Assembly (NCBI RefSeq): GCF_000150275.1
Contig: NW_002060943.1
Coordinates: 3,802,008 to 3,866,007 of the forward strand
Direction of reading: 5' to 3'
DNA: 64,000 nt
Origin: Trichoplax adhaerens
Lineage: Eukaryota > Animalia > Placozoa
In this document: piece by piece, positions 24,707-39,731 of the stretch
How positions within the stretch are numbered: position 1 is the first letter of the stretch
How the letters are laid out: each line of letters starts with the position of its first letter
Notes under the pieces: generated by a model
The model's database searches: none
Seen by the model: only the letters and a program-made list of their open reading frames with translations
Told to the model about the DNA's origin: nothing
Program-made: the position numbers and the translations under genes

Positions 24707-25953
24707 TAATGCTATGTTAAGGTTGGTGAGCGAAACTTTCAAATATACGTTTATGGTCAATTTCTTAATAAAATTAACAGATAGTATTATCATTCGATAT
24801 TATATATATCCTAGTAACAGTAATATACTATGCTATATTAAGATTAGTTAATGGTCCAGAGCACATTATGATAACTAATGTACGGTGATGGACATACCAA
24901 GTTAAGATTAGCAGGTACTGTAAGATATCTACAGTGCGGTAGAATGTCCTTCGTACTGTGGTCAATTCTATACCAATCATTATAATGTGTCTAAGGATCG
25001 CTGTCGTATGCAAGCAAAGCTTGCTCTGTCGATAACAACCGTTATAAGAAAATGTAACAATCAAAATGGCTGTATAGAAAACTCTATAAAGCTTCTATGT
25101 TTATTCAATTTTCATCAGAATATTACATGAAATCAAAATTTAAAGGCCCAGTGGCCACCCTTAGCGATATAACGAATACTATTTTAATAATCAGTACTCT
25201 GCAGAAATTACTACCTTAGAGCTATTCGTTTTACATGAAGAAATCTTTAGGTTAAAAGTACTGTAAGAATCTTATACTGACCTATTGAAATGAACCCATA
25301 ATCAGAGTCATTTAACAGTAGTATAAATACCCCCGCGCTGCTCATTTCAAGGGAGGGTGGGTGAGATCTACTTCTTAACCTACTATAATATCAGAATTTA
25401 TCCTGTACCGGTTAGCTGAATTAACTCTGCACAACTCGAGATATACGATAACAAGGAACATGCTATAAAGAGTTTCTGTCCGTTCAAAATAGTTACGGCA
25501 TTCGAAACTCTAATTATAAATTCTCACAGCAGTATAAATTACTGTACAGCAGCAACTCATCTCAGAAGTATAATCTAGGCAACAATAGTTCTATCTAAAT
25601 ACGTTTGGCTATGACCATTATAGCAGAGCGAAGGTTCGATAATTGCTTAAAAAACAACAGACTTGAACTATCGGCTGTACAACAATTTAGGAGTTATTCG
25701 TGACAATTTACAAATTCTGTATTAGATTTTAATCTTGTTCAATCTCTTCTACATTGAGCAATATATCAAAAAATTTAGTTTGCGATATCCAATCTTAATT
25801 ATCCAATATATTATTTTACTAAAAAATGCTTAATCCAAATTCAAGTATTTATATCAATTTTAAAACTACTGATATTGCGATTGCAATATTTTTGTTCATT
25901 CAATCAAGTGATCATAACTTTTATTAAACGCTAGGTATAAGCAGGACAATGTG

Positions 25954-26389
25954 TGTCACAAACCAGCTTCGTGACAAGGATAACGTAAAACAAATCTCTA
26001 AATCTCTAAAATCTGCGGATTCAGTATCCCTAGTCACAAGAATTTAGACGCCTTTGATTCTACGTTAAACTCAACTAGACAATTGAGAACTACTTTATTC
26101 AACTATCTGGCGGGCTCATATACCCCTTCTACAGCAGCTAACATTCATGAGTCATCTTGTAAAAATACTTAGGTGAGAACATCTACTAACTAATTTTTTA
26201 CAGTCGGACTACAACATGTCCATTCACAGAATCATTTCAGAGCACATTACAGCACAACATTAAATTTACTGTAACACATTTATAATTAGAGTAATTCCTA
26301 TTGTAAGTAACTAGTTGTAATATATTATCACTATATTATATTAACCAAATTTAGATAGCTATTTCTTCACGGTAGTTCGTACCGTGACA
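25954..26389 (-). mobile_element. Solo LTR, family C copy 3
   Basis: 436 bp, TGTCACA...CGTGACA, perfect TSD ATGTG. Confidence 0.93.
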
Positions 26390-29300
26390 ATGTGGCACAT
26401 AAATTGTCAATTATAAGCCTTTTAGAATAAAATTTCTTTAAAAATTTAAATATTAGTAATTTAAGAAAAAAAAAAAAATTACTACTTAATTAACGCGCAA
26501 GATATTAACTATTCTTATTTATTACTCTATTCTTAAACTTATCCTTGCAATCACAATGATCATTTTTAACTAATACCGGTAGTATTTGTTAATACGCGTA
26601 TATCTCAATAAACTAATTCCAACTCTAATTTCATCTACATTTCGAAAGGAAAATTGTCGAAATTATAATTCGATTATCAAAGTGACGCTATATATCACCA
26701 TTAAATCATAAACTTTTTCTGCATTGCAGTATAACACTCATTCATTTATAGTAGTCCGGAGTAATTGTCTAAATATTTATACAAGTTCATTATTCTATCC
26801 TATACATCTATAGTTATCGCTAACGAATGATTTCAATCTTTCTAGAAGTAATATAAGTTACTTAATTAATACCCTAAATGATCAGTCAAGATATTTCTAA
26901 GTCTACTCTTCTATTCAAATTTCTTGCTATCCGCATTATTTCTGCAAATAAGTTACCTGGAAACAATTTTAATTGGCTAGCTCAGGCTATAATTATTTGA
27001 AGTCATATAGCCTGAACGATTTAATTTAACATAAAAACAATCTATGTACACCGCCGATTGATAAGGTACCTATGGTAATTCATGCTTATATTGGAATTCA
27101 CATATTATCATTTTTTGTTTACATTGCATAATTCAATTTATTCTGTGCTCATTTAGCTTATACTGTATCGTTTTATCAGAAATCGCTAGTCATGATGGAA
27201 ATATACCCGAGTTTATTTTGTCGGATACCAAATACTGTGCCTTAATGAAGTTCACGAATCTGCAGTTAAAGGTTTAATTATTTTGAATATATTTTATTAC
27301 AGTTTTGTACAGTAACTAATATCTAGCAGTATACAGCTCGAGATATAAGTATAAGTACAACGACTATCTAATTATACGATTCACTTACTATTCTGAATTT
27401 TAATAAATTTTATTTAGAAAAAATTTTAATGAAACTCATTTAAAGTAGACTATTCAAGTAAATCATTATCTATTTTTTAAAAACTCTGTACGTGAAATAC
27501 ACAAAATACACTTTAATTCAAAAAGTTCTGATTTTCAAGAATTACAACTCGCTTCCCATCATCTTTCCGAAATTTCAGGTTTATTAGTTGCTTTCTATAA
27601 ATACAATAATATTTCTAACTTGAACATGATATTTATAGAAATAATCATAGTTAGATAGCCAATATATTTATCTAACGGTCAGTATTTAAATATAGTTTTA
27701 CATGTACGAAGCAGCTGCTGTCAGTAGTGCCTATGAGTGTCCTTGACGGCCATTTGGGACTATTGGTGGTTACTGTAACAGTTATATAATAATCAATAGG
27801 ATACACAAAAAGGATCGATATTGTTGTAGACAGGTTACCGATACATTCCTATGGTTTGGTATTTTAATGCGGTTTAATTACAATTTAGCATGTTACCAAC
27901 CTATTATCATATCATAATCAATACGGATTTTATCTATTTATAATTACAGAATTATCAACTGGCTTTTCGAGCGCCACATTTAATATTTATTATCGTATGA
28001 TTCTCTTCAAAGAACTAGCATAGTATTTATGTGTATTTTAGACATTGTACCGATATTTAAACCTTCCAGATTGTTCATCATTAAGTAATAGCATAATCTA
28101 TACGCGCATCACGACGTTAGATCATCGTGAACAAAAATTTATTGCATCAATTATTACAGATAGTCTGTTCTTAAAGCTACAAACCAATTTACGTAACGTA
28201 CAATTTATAGATAGCAGATACTAAATAAGAAGGATTTTGTTTACATTAAAAATGACTATAATTTTTGAGTTAAACCTGTATAGGCTATATAGCTGATGCT
28301 TAATTTTAGAGATATACCACATGCCTATGATTCAATGCCATATATGTATTAAATAGCATTATGTAGCGGTAGTAGGAGAAATTTCTAATTTCGATATAGC
28401 AATGTGTTATCAACCTCTGATGTGACTATTGCCTAATGATTAGCTTGAGAATACGTAAATATTATTTACGTTTTATGCACCAAGTAATGAAAAAAGAGTT
28501 TAATAATGATTTTTCGCTTGCGCACAAGAAATTAAACGGTCTACTTTGCGTCTGCCATGAAATTCGAGTAAAATCTTTACAGTTGTCCCGAAGTGTTAGT
28601 CTTGCTTGCTAGTTCAAAGTTGTAGACCAATAGAAATGCCTGTACGTGTATTTTCTTACAGAATTATACACTCATTCGTTACAACATGTAAGCTACATAG
28701 AAGCTGATATATAAAACTGGTAATGGTGACTTCAGAAGTAAGCTCTTAAATGCACGGAAATCAGCAATCATATCCATATCGATAATATCTCAAAGAATTA
28801 CCACGATCACTAGCAGCAGTATCAAAAATACTGTACAATTTAGCTTATGGCGAAAATTTCTGAATTTTTTCAAGAATTTTTGACATAATCTATTGTATAT
28901 TGTAAAATCAATCATAAAGATATCGTTCAGAGCATTTGCTATTATTGGTTAATTGCAAAGTAAAGCCAACAATAAGCAAAAAATGTAATATATTAAGTGA
29001 GTAAATATACCTCTTTACTGCTAATTAAATTTCCAAACCACGAGATACATGCAATTTTGAATAAATGATTCTAACGTAATCACTACAATTCGATATTCCT
29101 TTAATTAGTTATGCCACCATAAAGCAGTATCTATAGCAATCAATACGATACTTGAACTTGCTGACAAAAGTTTAATTTCATTTACCCTCCGTTACCATAC
29201 ACCAACTGGCACAATTCTATTAGGTTTGAATGAGAAAAATAGAATAATAAAGCAGAAATTATTTTGAATTTATTACAGCAATTAATTTTAATATTCAATA

Positions 29301-30170
29301 CCGCTTGGTATAAATATAAATATAAATTTATATTATACTCTTCTGACAATAAATTAAAGCTATTATTTCATCGGTATACTAATGACGATTTTAATTTCAT
29401 AATGAAAATGGAAGTAAAATTAGGACATCAATTTGTTAATCGACCAAATTAGCATATATAATACGACTCAATTTTAAAGAAATCAAAAATATAATGTAAT
29501 AGGCATTAGTATATTATTCAATAGCAGCAAATCTAAACATTAAATACTTAGAGAGTTAATACGCCGAACAATGTTATTCTAATTTATGTCAATGGTTTTA
29601 ATAATTGATTGAAAGGATTCAAAGCGACGTATAAGTAAAAATGAATAATTTAATCAATTCTAGAGTCTTATTCATTTTTGTCCTCTATACAATGGAATAT
29701 TGTCCAATTTTACTGCTCGTAAACCTTTATAATTTTAACTTAAATAATCCTAAACACCCATTCGAATACTACTCTAATTGAAACGACAGTATTTTATTTC
29801 GCTAAACAATAATTATTTGATGTTATATACCAGGTTATCTAAAATACTGCCTACTATTAGACGATAGATACGCAATTGATTTGTCGAAATAATTCTTTCA
29901 AAACATGATTCATGCGTCGGAAAGATCCAATAGAAATTATCATCTAATTAATTACTTTAAATAATTTTGCATATATCGTCAATACTTACGCCTAATTAAT
30001 TATTTAACGGAGAATATACGTCAAGTTTTATGAGAGACGCCGTTATTATTGTTCTCAAGTAGATTTAAAAGAAGAGAAATAAACATCACTTCGACAACGT
30101 CTTGGTCCCTAAGTTTCATCACTATAAACCTACATTTAGGTATAGCGAACTATCAAAAACGGGTTATGTT

Positions 30171-31181
30171 ATGGATTGGAAAAGGCAATTCGAATCGAGC
30201 CACCAATTTAATTCCACCTATTCTGTCAATGCTTCATCTTCCACACATATATTAAGTAATTTACGAATTGCAATTATATGTGTTTGCTCGATCATCTCAG
30301 TATTTAGTATAATGGGTAATTTGTTGTCGCTGATGGCTATCTCTAGATCTAAATACTGGCATACACCTAATGGTTTACTCTTAACTAATCTTGCTATAGT
30401 TGACTTTTTACTTGGGTTGATATGCTTACCGCTAGTAATTGCAGTAGCTTATGCAGGTCAAAATGTTCCAACAGTTTTATGTCAAATTCAAGCATTTTCA
30501 TTAGGAGTTCTCAATTGTACTTCTATCAATACTGCTGTAATTATCAGTATCGATCGCTATGTAGCAGTAGCTCAACCTTATTATCATGCTGCATCTGTAG
30601 GTAGAAGTAAAGTTATTAAAGCAATCGTCACCGCTTGGTCACTATCGGCAATAATGTCCTCGATACCAATTATCGCTCAAGGAAAGTATGGACTAGGAAT
30701 CTATGATAATCGAAATCAAATATGTTGGTTTTTTATGAGAGATTATGCTAAAAATCATATCATTAATAGCATATTTATTACAGCAATGTTGTTAGCTATT
30801 GCTATCGTTTTATTTTGCTATGCAATTATGTTTGGAATTGCTTATCAGAAAAGTACTGCTACGCCTCTGTATCATTTTGGAAGCAGCTACCGTAATATTA
30901 AGAAAACCATTTTTACTACCACCTTAATAGTGGGAACTAAAATAATTTGTTGGCTGCCATTATCAGTTGTCAGTGTTCTTGATGCTTGCACTACAGTACC
31001 ATTAACTTCTTTAGTAGGAATTATGGTTTATTTCTTTGCTTTTGCCAATTCGGCTTTAAATCCGATGATTTATATAGCTACTAGTAGTACTTTGCGCTTA
31101 AAAGTACTGCAACTTATCCATCGAAATCGTCGAGTTAATAATTTAGTCACTGTATCAAGCACTTTCACCAGAAATACATAA
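30171..31181 (+). CDS. Class A orphan GPCR, paralog 3 (336 aa from first ATG; ORF track starts at a TTG at 30102)
   Basis: GN, NLAIVD, CQIQAF..SIDRY, W, CWLP, NSALNPMIY motifs. N-terminal NST/NAS glycosylation sequons. Confidence 0.95.
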   Translation: MDWKRQFESSHQFNSTYSVNASSSTHILSNLRIAIICVCSIISVFSIMGNLLSLMAISRSKYWHTPNGLLLTNLAIVDFLLGLICLPLVIAVAYAGQNVPTVLCQIQAFSLGVLNCTSINTAVIISIDRYVAVAQPYYHAASVGRSKVIKAIVTAWSLSAIMSSIPIIAQGKYGLGIYDNRNQICWFFMRDYAKNHIINSIFITAMLLAIAIVLFCYAIMFGIAYQKSTATPLYHFGSSYRNIKKTIFTTTLIVGTKIICWLPLSVVSVLDACTTVPLTSLVGIMVYFFAFANSALNPMIYIATSSTLRLKVLQLIHRNRRVNNLVTVSSTFTRNT

Positions 31182-34100
31182 TTACAACATATACCGGTAT
31201 ACTTATGTGATAGAAACATATAAATGTGACTACCCGTATTTTGTATTTGCTTTTTTATTTAAAGAGTATCAAACCTAGGAATATAAAATCTATGTAATCA
31301 TATAATCATATATTTGAGATAACTCCGTTCATTCTAAAATTCATTTGTGGTTAAAGCTCCAATGACTTATTAAACACATAGCATAATCAATAAAATGCAA
31401 CGTAATCGCGATTTAGATTCCTTTATATTTATACCATAATATACTTGTAGTTGTTAAATTAGTAAAGAATCAATAGATTGCTAAACTGAATTATTATTTT
31501 CCATTGCTCCGAGTAATTTTGTGTTATTTTGTCGAACCAAAGTCAATCTTTTATGCAATTTTGTGATTTTGATTGAAGGCAGGATATGACTGTAACTGCT
31601 ACCGTAATGACGTAAATAGCTAGGTACATGCCTGATTGATTAAGTAATTATTTGTGCGGTCTTATAGACATATAATATTGTATAACTTTGGAAAACTTGT
31701 TTTTATATGGATATAGTATAAAGCAACCATACTAACTGGCACATCTAGTCTGCCAGAGATAATTATTTAACTAGATTTCTTATGCCGCTGCTTAATTTTT
31801 TAACTTCCTTGGAAGATTGTCTGGTTGAGAATTCAACGATATCATATCCAGCATTAACATTTAAAATTAATTCTCTTGATTAATAACAACTATGTAGTCC
31901 AGTTGCGTAACTTTTTCAAGTCTAATTCTGAAATTAAGGAGATATTATTTAAATAACCGTGATCGTGGAGGAATTAAAATTGTTCTTTAAAAATATGCCA
32001 CAATATATTGTGATTAATAAAATACGCGATAAAAGCATAAATGCCATTCAATTTTTAATAAATGCTGGTTAACTTGTCTACAATAACCTCTAATTTAAAC
32101 GTATAAAGGTTCTTTTAATATCATATGCCTTAAAAGTTCTACTAATCTCAGAGTCAAAATTTTGATTTAAAGGATATATCCTATTGAATATTTTAAAATC
32201 TATATAATCAGCAATATTTTTCACGGAAGATTATGCTCGTAAATTCCTACATGAAAAAGTTCAAATCCTTTTAACAAACTGTGGGTTCGCTAAAGCATGG
32301 TACTCTACAGTTCGTGTTTGCAATGGTTAAAACTACTATCATGCAATCAATTAATAATTTATCAACAATTTAAATGGTTGCCGATATTCATTCAGATATT
32401 ACCCTATCGTCAACCATAGTATTTTTAATATTGCTATAAATATACTATATGGTAGTGATTTCGTCATATACTGCGGGCAATGAGTAAATATATTTACAAT
32501 GTGCACTTAATTTTGTTCGTTGATATCTCGATCACCAATATCTTTGGTTAACTAATTACGAAATCGAATCTATGACAACAGTATAATTTGATGGAGCCCG
32601 TAATAGGAATAAAACATTAATTTAAATTCTTAATACTATACTACATATTTATCATCCCCTGATAGAAAGTCTCTTCTCAGTAAATAGTTCTCTTTCATTT
32701 AATATTATTCTTCTTGTATTTCAATACTAATTAATACAATTTTTCCCTTACCATAAACACATCACGAATTTCAAATCGTATATGAAGAAATCCATCGATC
32801 CAACGACAATCGCATGATTAGGATATACGTACGCCTAAAAAATTAAGTAAATGTAATCATTTGATTCTGTAATGATCTCAGCTAATTGTAGTAGAACAGT
32901 ATGTGGCTAAGCAAACCTACAATGATAGCAGGAGTCTATTATATGTTCATTACAGATTCATTAGCATTTCGCTTCTAATATTTTGCCGGAAAAAATTTTA
33001 ATTATTTTCATAGTATGTAAGTAAAATATTATTTACGTAGAAATAGATTGCCGAGGCCATCGTTTGTAGTTATTCTGCCAAGAATGTAGATAATGCAATT
33101 GTACTTATTGAAACCTTGTCACGGCAAAAACTCTGTAAACTTAAACGCTGAAATATCTAAAACGCCCTCTGAAAAACCTACATATTATTCGCACTTTTAA
33201 CAACTGCCATGCTTTATCATATTATTGCAAAATTTCGACTTTTACAGTATGTTCTTTATTCAGATGATTGAATATTTTATTACGTTCTAAGCTTCTGTAA
33301 ATATTTCAACCTTCTATAACGGCGTTAAAGCTCTTTCCATTCGAAACCTTATTTTAAATTTTTAGCTAGAATTTTTAATTGTTTATATGAGAAATTCATT
33401 CCACCTCGAAGTGCACCTTGCCAAATATTATTAACGGCAAATTGGGCTTAAATTGGGATCGTATACAGAATAATAAAAATCATTTCCTGATGAAAAATTA
33501 TAGGGTGTAGCCATAAAAATGGGCAAAAACAATCGCATTAAGCAATATCGATGCTTTATTTAATTAATTGGACGATATATTTTCAAAATACATCGTTTTG
33601 ATTGATATTAGCGATAGCAGAGGATCTGAATTCAAGTGGGAGAAATATTTTATAGCAAAATTAGGCGCTAGAAATAAACAGTAAGATTGAGTTTACTCAT
33701 TGTTAATATAATAAAGTCTTTATACAGCAACATATTTGCGTTATTTGGACTTTACGAAAGTGTTACTACAGTAATATCTACTGGGAAATATTGCTATGTA
33801 ACGCTATTCAATCTACAGAGCATGTATTTAAAATTGATGTAATCAGCTCATTTCTATTGTAAAATACTTTTAATTGAAAATTCCATAAGAATTTGACTTG
33901 GAACAAATGTAATAAAATTTGGAATTTAAAATAAAGGCAAGAGAGGAAGGTAGTTGTTATGGCTATGATGACCTATGATAATATTAAGATATTAAGACAC
34001 CACCTACCTATAATATTAAATCTCATAGATTATTAGCAAACTATTACACATTAGATTTCTTACAGTCATAATTTTCATATGTACCAATGCATTATATAAT

Positions 34101-35019
34101 ATGTTATTCTTTTATTATTTCTTTCTTAACATTGTACGGTGCTGTGTGTAAGCCATATACAGTACTATAGTATAGCAAAGATGGTTTTGATTATCAAGAC
34201 TAACTGCAGAAATTCGATATTAATGTAGTTTAATCTATGTCTGTTGTAATCGTTATTTGGTTCCTTGCAAACTAGTACTACATTAAGTAAGCGCAGCAAA
34301 TATTATATTACCATTTCATTAAATCCAGTACACCAAATCTGGATTTGGAAACTGATTCAATTTTTTTCTTTATTAGCGATTATCGAGTATATCTAGATAT
34401 CTTTGAGAGTGAAATTAGAAGACTTAAAATCCTAACGCAAGCTGTTGCGACTAGATCAATATCCTAAACATCCATTCCCGCTATGGCCACTGCAGGCAAG
34501 TTCATCTTTATGGGGATAAATAATTTTATTAAATCACGATGATGCTATTACGACCAAACTCCTTCAGACTAGTACTTCCTAAACTACATTATTCTGCTAC
34601 GCATCTTAGTCTCTATGCAAGCTATTATCGAAGATTAGGTTCTTGATTTCTTTCTAGAGTATCATGAGCAATCAGGATTTAGCGAGATTTTACATCCAGA
34701 ATTAATCGTAGGGCTTAAATTTTCGCAGTTGAGACTATAATTCCTATTTAGATATTGCTTCGAAATACTAGATAATGAAATTATTTCATTATTTTCGTTA
34801 CTATTCAAAATTTAGGTACTTTTCAGTCGCAATTATGAGTTCTAGTCAATACTTCGAGCATCAGCGGTCGTTAGAAATATTTAAAAGTAAACTTAAACTC
34901 ATTTAATGTTATAATATCAGTTCAATCACAGATTTATTTACTCTGCGATGTGTAATTCACCATAAATTAGTTATAACTACTATGATTTATACTACTAGAG
35001 TAACGAATATTTATACAGG

Positions 35020-35455
35020 TGTCACAAACCAACTTCGTGACAAGTATAACGTAAAAACAAATCTCTAAATTACTATAGTCTCCGGGATTCAGTATCCCTA
35101 CTTACAAGAATTTAGACGCCTTTGATTCTACGTTAAAACAACTATACAATTGAGAACTGCTTTATTCAACTATCTGACGGGTTTATATACCCTTCTACAG
35201 CAGCTAACATTCACAAGTCATCTTATAATAATACTTGGGTGAGAACATCTACTAACTAATTTTTCACAGTCGGACTACAATATGTCCATTCACAGAATCA
35301 TTTCAGCACACATTACAGCACAGCAATAAATTTACTGTAACACATTTATAATTAGAGTAATTCCTATTGTAAGTAACTAGTTGTAATATAATATCACTAT
35401 ACTATATTAACCAAATTTAGATAGCTATTTCTTCACGGTAGTTCGTACCGTGACA
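35020..35455 (-). mobile_element. Solo LTR, family C copy 4
   Basis: 436 bp, TGTCACA...CGTGACA, perfect TSD ACAGG. Confidence 0.93.
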
Positions 35456-35742
35456 ACAGGATGTAATATATGATCAAAAATAACCATTACAATTATATGC
35501 TATAACATTGTAGCAACTGTAGAATACACTTTATAAATTAAACAATTATAGCAATTTTTAGCCACCCATTATACTTACAGTAGCGATTTAAAGTATACCA
35601 ATAAATATGTCTCTTATATTTTTATAACATTGCAAACTCTAAAAAAATATATACATTAAGACATACATTATATCACTATATGTTCATAATTCTCAATTAC
35701 AGCTATTTTGCTATTATACCAAGGAACAATAAAGACTTTGTC

Positions 35743-36135
35743 CTATGGCGGCTGTTATTTAGGATAATCATTTTCGACTTTACATATATATTAATATTAC
35801 TATCGAAGACTGTTTCTAGTTATTAACAATGTAATAATGATGAAAATCATCGCAGCTGGAATCGTAATATGTATTGTTACATCTATCTATATCTAATACC
35901 ATTTGCCTGGAAAGATTTCTAGTAACATTTATGAATAATAGTATTAATAGCTATTGGCTGTTATAGAGGATAATGATTTTCGATTTTACACATATATCAA
36001 CAGTGCTGTTAAATATCGTTTTTAGGTATTGTACGATGTAATAACAGTACAAACTGTCGCAGCTTGAAACATGACATGCTTTGCTACGTCTATATCTACT
36101 ATCACTCTCTGGAAAGATATCTCATGACATTTCTG
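35743..36135. repeat. Diverged tandem duplication, about 208 bp period
   Basis: GGCTGTTAT..AGGATAAT.ATTTTCGA, TCGCAGCT and CTGGAAAGAT each occur twice in register. Confidence 0.8.
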
Positions 36136-39032
36136 TGTAATATTATTTATTTATCGTTTAAGCAGAAATACGCCTAAATTATTCCTATGGATCAGCCTTA
36201 AACCAAAAAATATCAGATAAGTGCCAACTTTCATCCCCAAAGCAAATTAATCACTTTAACATTACAAATAATATTAAGAGAACAAAATATAGACCGATCT
36301 ACTACACATTATATCGCTTCATATTAATATATTACATTTAATACTACATATACTCAATGAAACATTCATGATAAATTCGTACATTTTGTTATAATTTGTA
36401 ACTAAAAGATTATGCTATACATTCAAAATTGAGAATTTACCATTACCTCGAAAAATTAAACTAGAAGTTAGATCAAAGGAACAGAATAAGAAAGCGAAAC
36501 TATCGCAGATAAGTTAATATCATTTCCAAGGCCAAAAATTTTAATGAGTATTGTCTAATAAAAATCCTAATAATTACGGTATGAAAGTAGTGACTAATAT
36601 TTATGTAAATACTATAATTCCAAACAAAAATATTGCATTCGACTTATCTCTATGCAGATGATCCAATTATATTATTTAACGAGGGGACAACTATGAAAAT
36701 CTTTCATCGTCATGGTAGCTATTGTATTCTAATGAAATTATTTCGTTAGCTCACATTAAATTCTTCGTTAATAATTAATTAGGTAAGGAAAGGATTTCTC
36801 TTAGTCTTCTTATTGTACTCTAAGAACTGGCGAAAGAACTTGGTTCAAAACCTCAATTAATCAGGTAATTAACATAAAAGTTTATGAATTAATACAAAAA
36901 TGGAAATAATAAAAATGACTATAACAAAAACTAAAAATAACGACTTGCGTTTCCTATGACGCATTTATCAATTCTATGTACAGTATAAGTCCTACAATTA
37001 TCTGAGAAGGCAATAAACTCATATATTCTTACCTTAAACTGTAAATAGGCTGTAAAGTGTTAGGGATCATCAATTCGGTAAGGTAAGATTTGTTTCACAA
37101 AACTAGTTTTCCGACGATAATTTGGCCTGATTTAACTTGTAAGCGAAAGAGATCAATACAACACCCTTTTCATTATGAATTATTTTGTAAACTAAAAGAT
37201 TTTTTACTCCGCGTTCTTATGACTTTTCTTATAATTTTTAAATAAATGATAAGAATACAATTTAGATTTTTGCTCGATGGAATCATGAATTTATGATTCC
37301 TCTTCAAAGTATGTATAAAGCTCATGAGTTATCCATATTATTACAGGATAGATAACTACTTTTCCCCTCAGCAAGCTCATTATATTTTTTGTCATGTCTG
37401 ACGGAAATATTTATTCAGAAGAATCTTTGCATCATTATAGATGTATCTATACAGAAGGTAAACGGTTTTTGTCAGATTAAAACTAATAACTGAAACGAAA
37501 TTATTCGTATATTAATTGAAAGAAAATAACTCCAAAGCACTAATGTTACTATTACACAGCAATAGCTTGAGGCAAAGAAAGACTGTAAAAGCGAATAACA
37601 TAAGATGTTCACCTAATATCCGGTAACCAATTCGGTGATACTAGCTAAGATTAGAATATAGTGAGGTATTTGCAATAATTTATGCATTCATTTATATTTT
37701 AATTATTATTAGCTTTTTCAGCAGCAGGGTTACTAACTTGACATTAAAAGTAGATAATACGCTAACTATCGCTTCTGTAAATAAAATGTAAATTAATAAT
37801 CGTTACTAATCCACCTATTCCTATATTTTATGTCAAACTTTTCTAGCTGAGCTAACCCCGAATAATACAAAATAAGGGTTAAGTAATTATTTACCTGACA
37901 AAAACAGGTTGCAGATTAATTATCTTATCAACCAAACAGCTTGTTCATGCACAATACTACTTTCCTACGCTATTAAGCAAGCGTACTTATTGATAATAGC
38001 ACTAAGCATATTATAATAAGATGTCTTCCTGAATTTGGATCGTTATAAAGGAATCATCATTTTATCAAACGAATAAAATTGTACGAGCTTTGGCCAAGTA
38101 CATTTCAGATGCTATCAAATTAACTCTAGAAATGATTTTATAAATTCTTCTATTCTTCAAAATGGAACTTTTTCAGCAGTTATGAACGTATAATGTTAAT
38201 GCCTTTATAAATATTTCAAGAAGTAATATTGTCATATACGGTACTAGATTTAATTATTACAAAATTGAATTATTATAAAGTCAGGCTTTCTTCAAAAAAC
38301 CTACAGTATATACTAAATACCTTAATGCCTCTGTTGATGTGTATCATTCTTATAGTTGAAAAATTTTTATAGCTTATTAACAACCCACCATACTAGTGTA
38401 TTATTTTCTAAATTAGACAACGATTTCAGTGTAATTTCTTTCACGGTTCTAGAATTTAAATTCAATCTTTCGGTATATAAGTGTAATCGATTTAGCATAA
38501 CCAACCTTTCAATACCAATATCTACTACCTAGCTGAAGACATGTATTAAAATCATGTAGCACCTGTACGATAAATTTATGCCATCTGCAAGATTTTTTAC
38601 AATTGGTAGCACATTTCATGATAAGAAAGTATTACGACGAATTTTTCACTATCTAGCTTTGCATATATATTTATAAAGTACACTACTGCATTGCTTCGAA
38701 TATCGACGTAACTTTGACACTCATACATCATTGATAACCTTAGAAAATTTTTAGCTCCAAAAAGTGAACAGTTTTGCATGTATTCTGTAATAACCACGCA
38801 ATAGTCTACAGCTATTACAGTATCCTATATTTGGCTATCAGATACGGCTTAACTGGAGAATCCCAGTCTTATACTCGAAACAATACAAGTGTGCCGCCTC
38901 ATCTTATTAGCCACCTACAGTACTACTACAATTAGCTGAAATCATTACATATTCATCTAGCAATCGCGAAATATAGCTTGTACTGGAACTAGTTACTGTC
39001 TAGTACTAATACTATATTATGATTCATACCTA

Positions 39033-39581
39033 TGTGATATATACCATCACGAAATTCCAAATTTTAGAAAAATAAGGGCTTTATTGAATCTTATACAAAG
39101 ATTAACTACACAGCTCTACTCTAGCCGAATACTACTTCTAAAGACTTCTACAACGAACTAACAGAATAATCTAAAGTTGCATGCTTTTATACTTTCCGTA
39201 GCATTCGCAGCTACAATCCGCATGGCAACCTTTTACTTTATTTTACACATAGTTAAATTATTCTTAGTAAGACTATTCTACTGCGGACCATCATTAATCC
39301 AATATGGATACGACTACAGTACTTACGTAGACATTATTCACACCAGCCAAAGTACAATGAATTAACCATATCCTAATATATGATTTACAGTTCTATTTTT
39401 ACCTACAGCCATATTAGTAACTCAACAGCTTACTGTATATAGTCATCTGTACTCTAGCATAGAGTCTCTACCACTACAGTCTATAGTTACAGCTACCAAA
39501 TATCTCTTAGGATAAATATCTACCGTACATTATACTACACATGGCTAATAGTCTACAATCACAATACTAAGTTACATTACA
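39033..39581. mobile_element. Solo-LTR-like element, family A copy 2
   Basis: 549 bp, TGTGAT...ATTACA, flanks ACCTA/ACCTG (4/5 TSD). Near-identical to 917-1468. Confidence 0.85.
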
Positions 39582-39731
39582 ACCTGTAATTCGGTTCTTT
39601 TATAACCCCTCGTTCAAATTTCTCTATAAAAGATAGAATTCGATTTTTAGTGTTTTCATTCTCCGAAAGCGAGCAGTACTCAGCCATTCCATACACTAGG
39701 ACTAGTTAAGATCTAGTAGTCATGTTAATTA

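Noticed and set aside
26466-26478. Poly-A run (also poly-T at 63139-63150 and (TA)n at 51437-51466) as retrocopy tails
   Set aside because: No flanking TSD or recognisable SINE/mRNA body. Treated as simple sequence.
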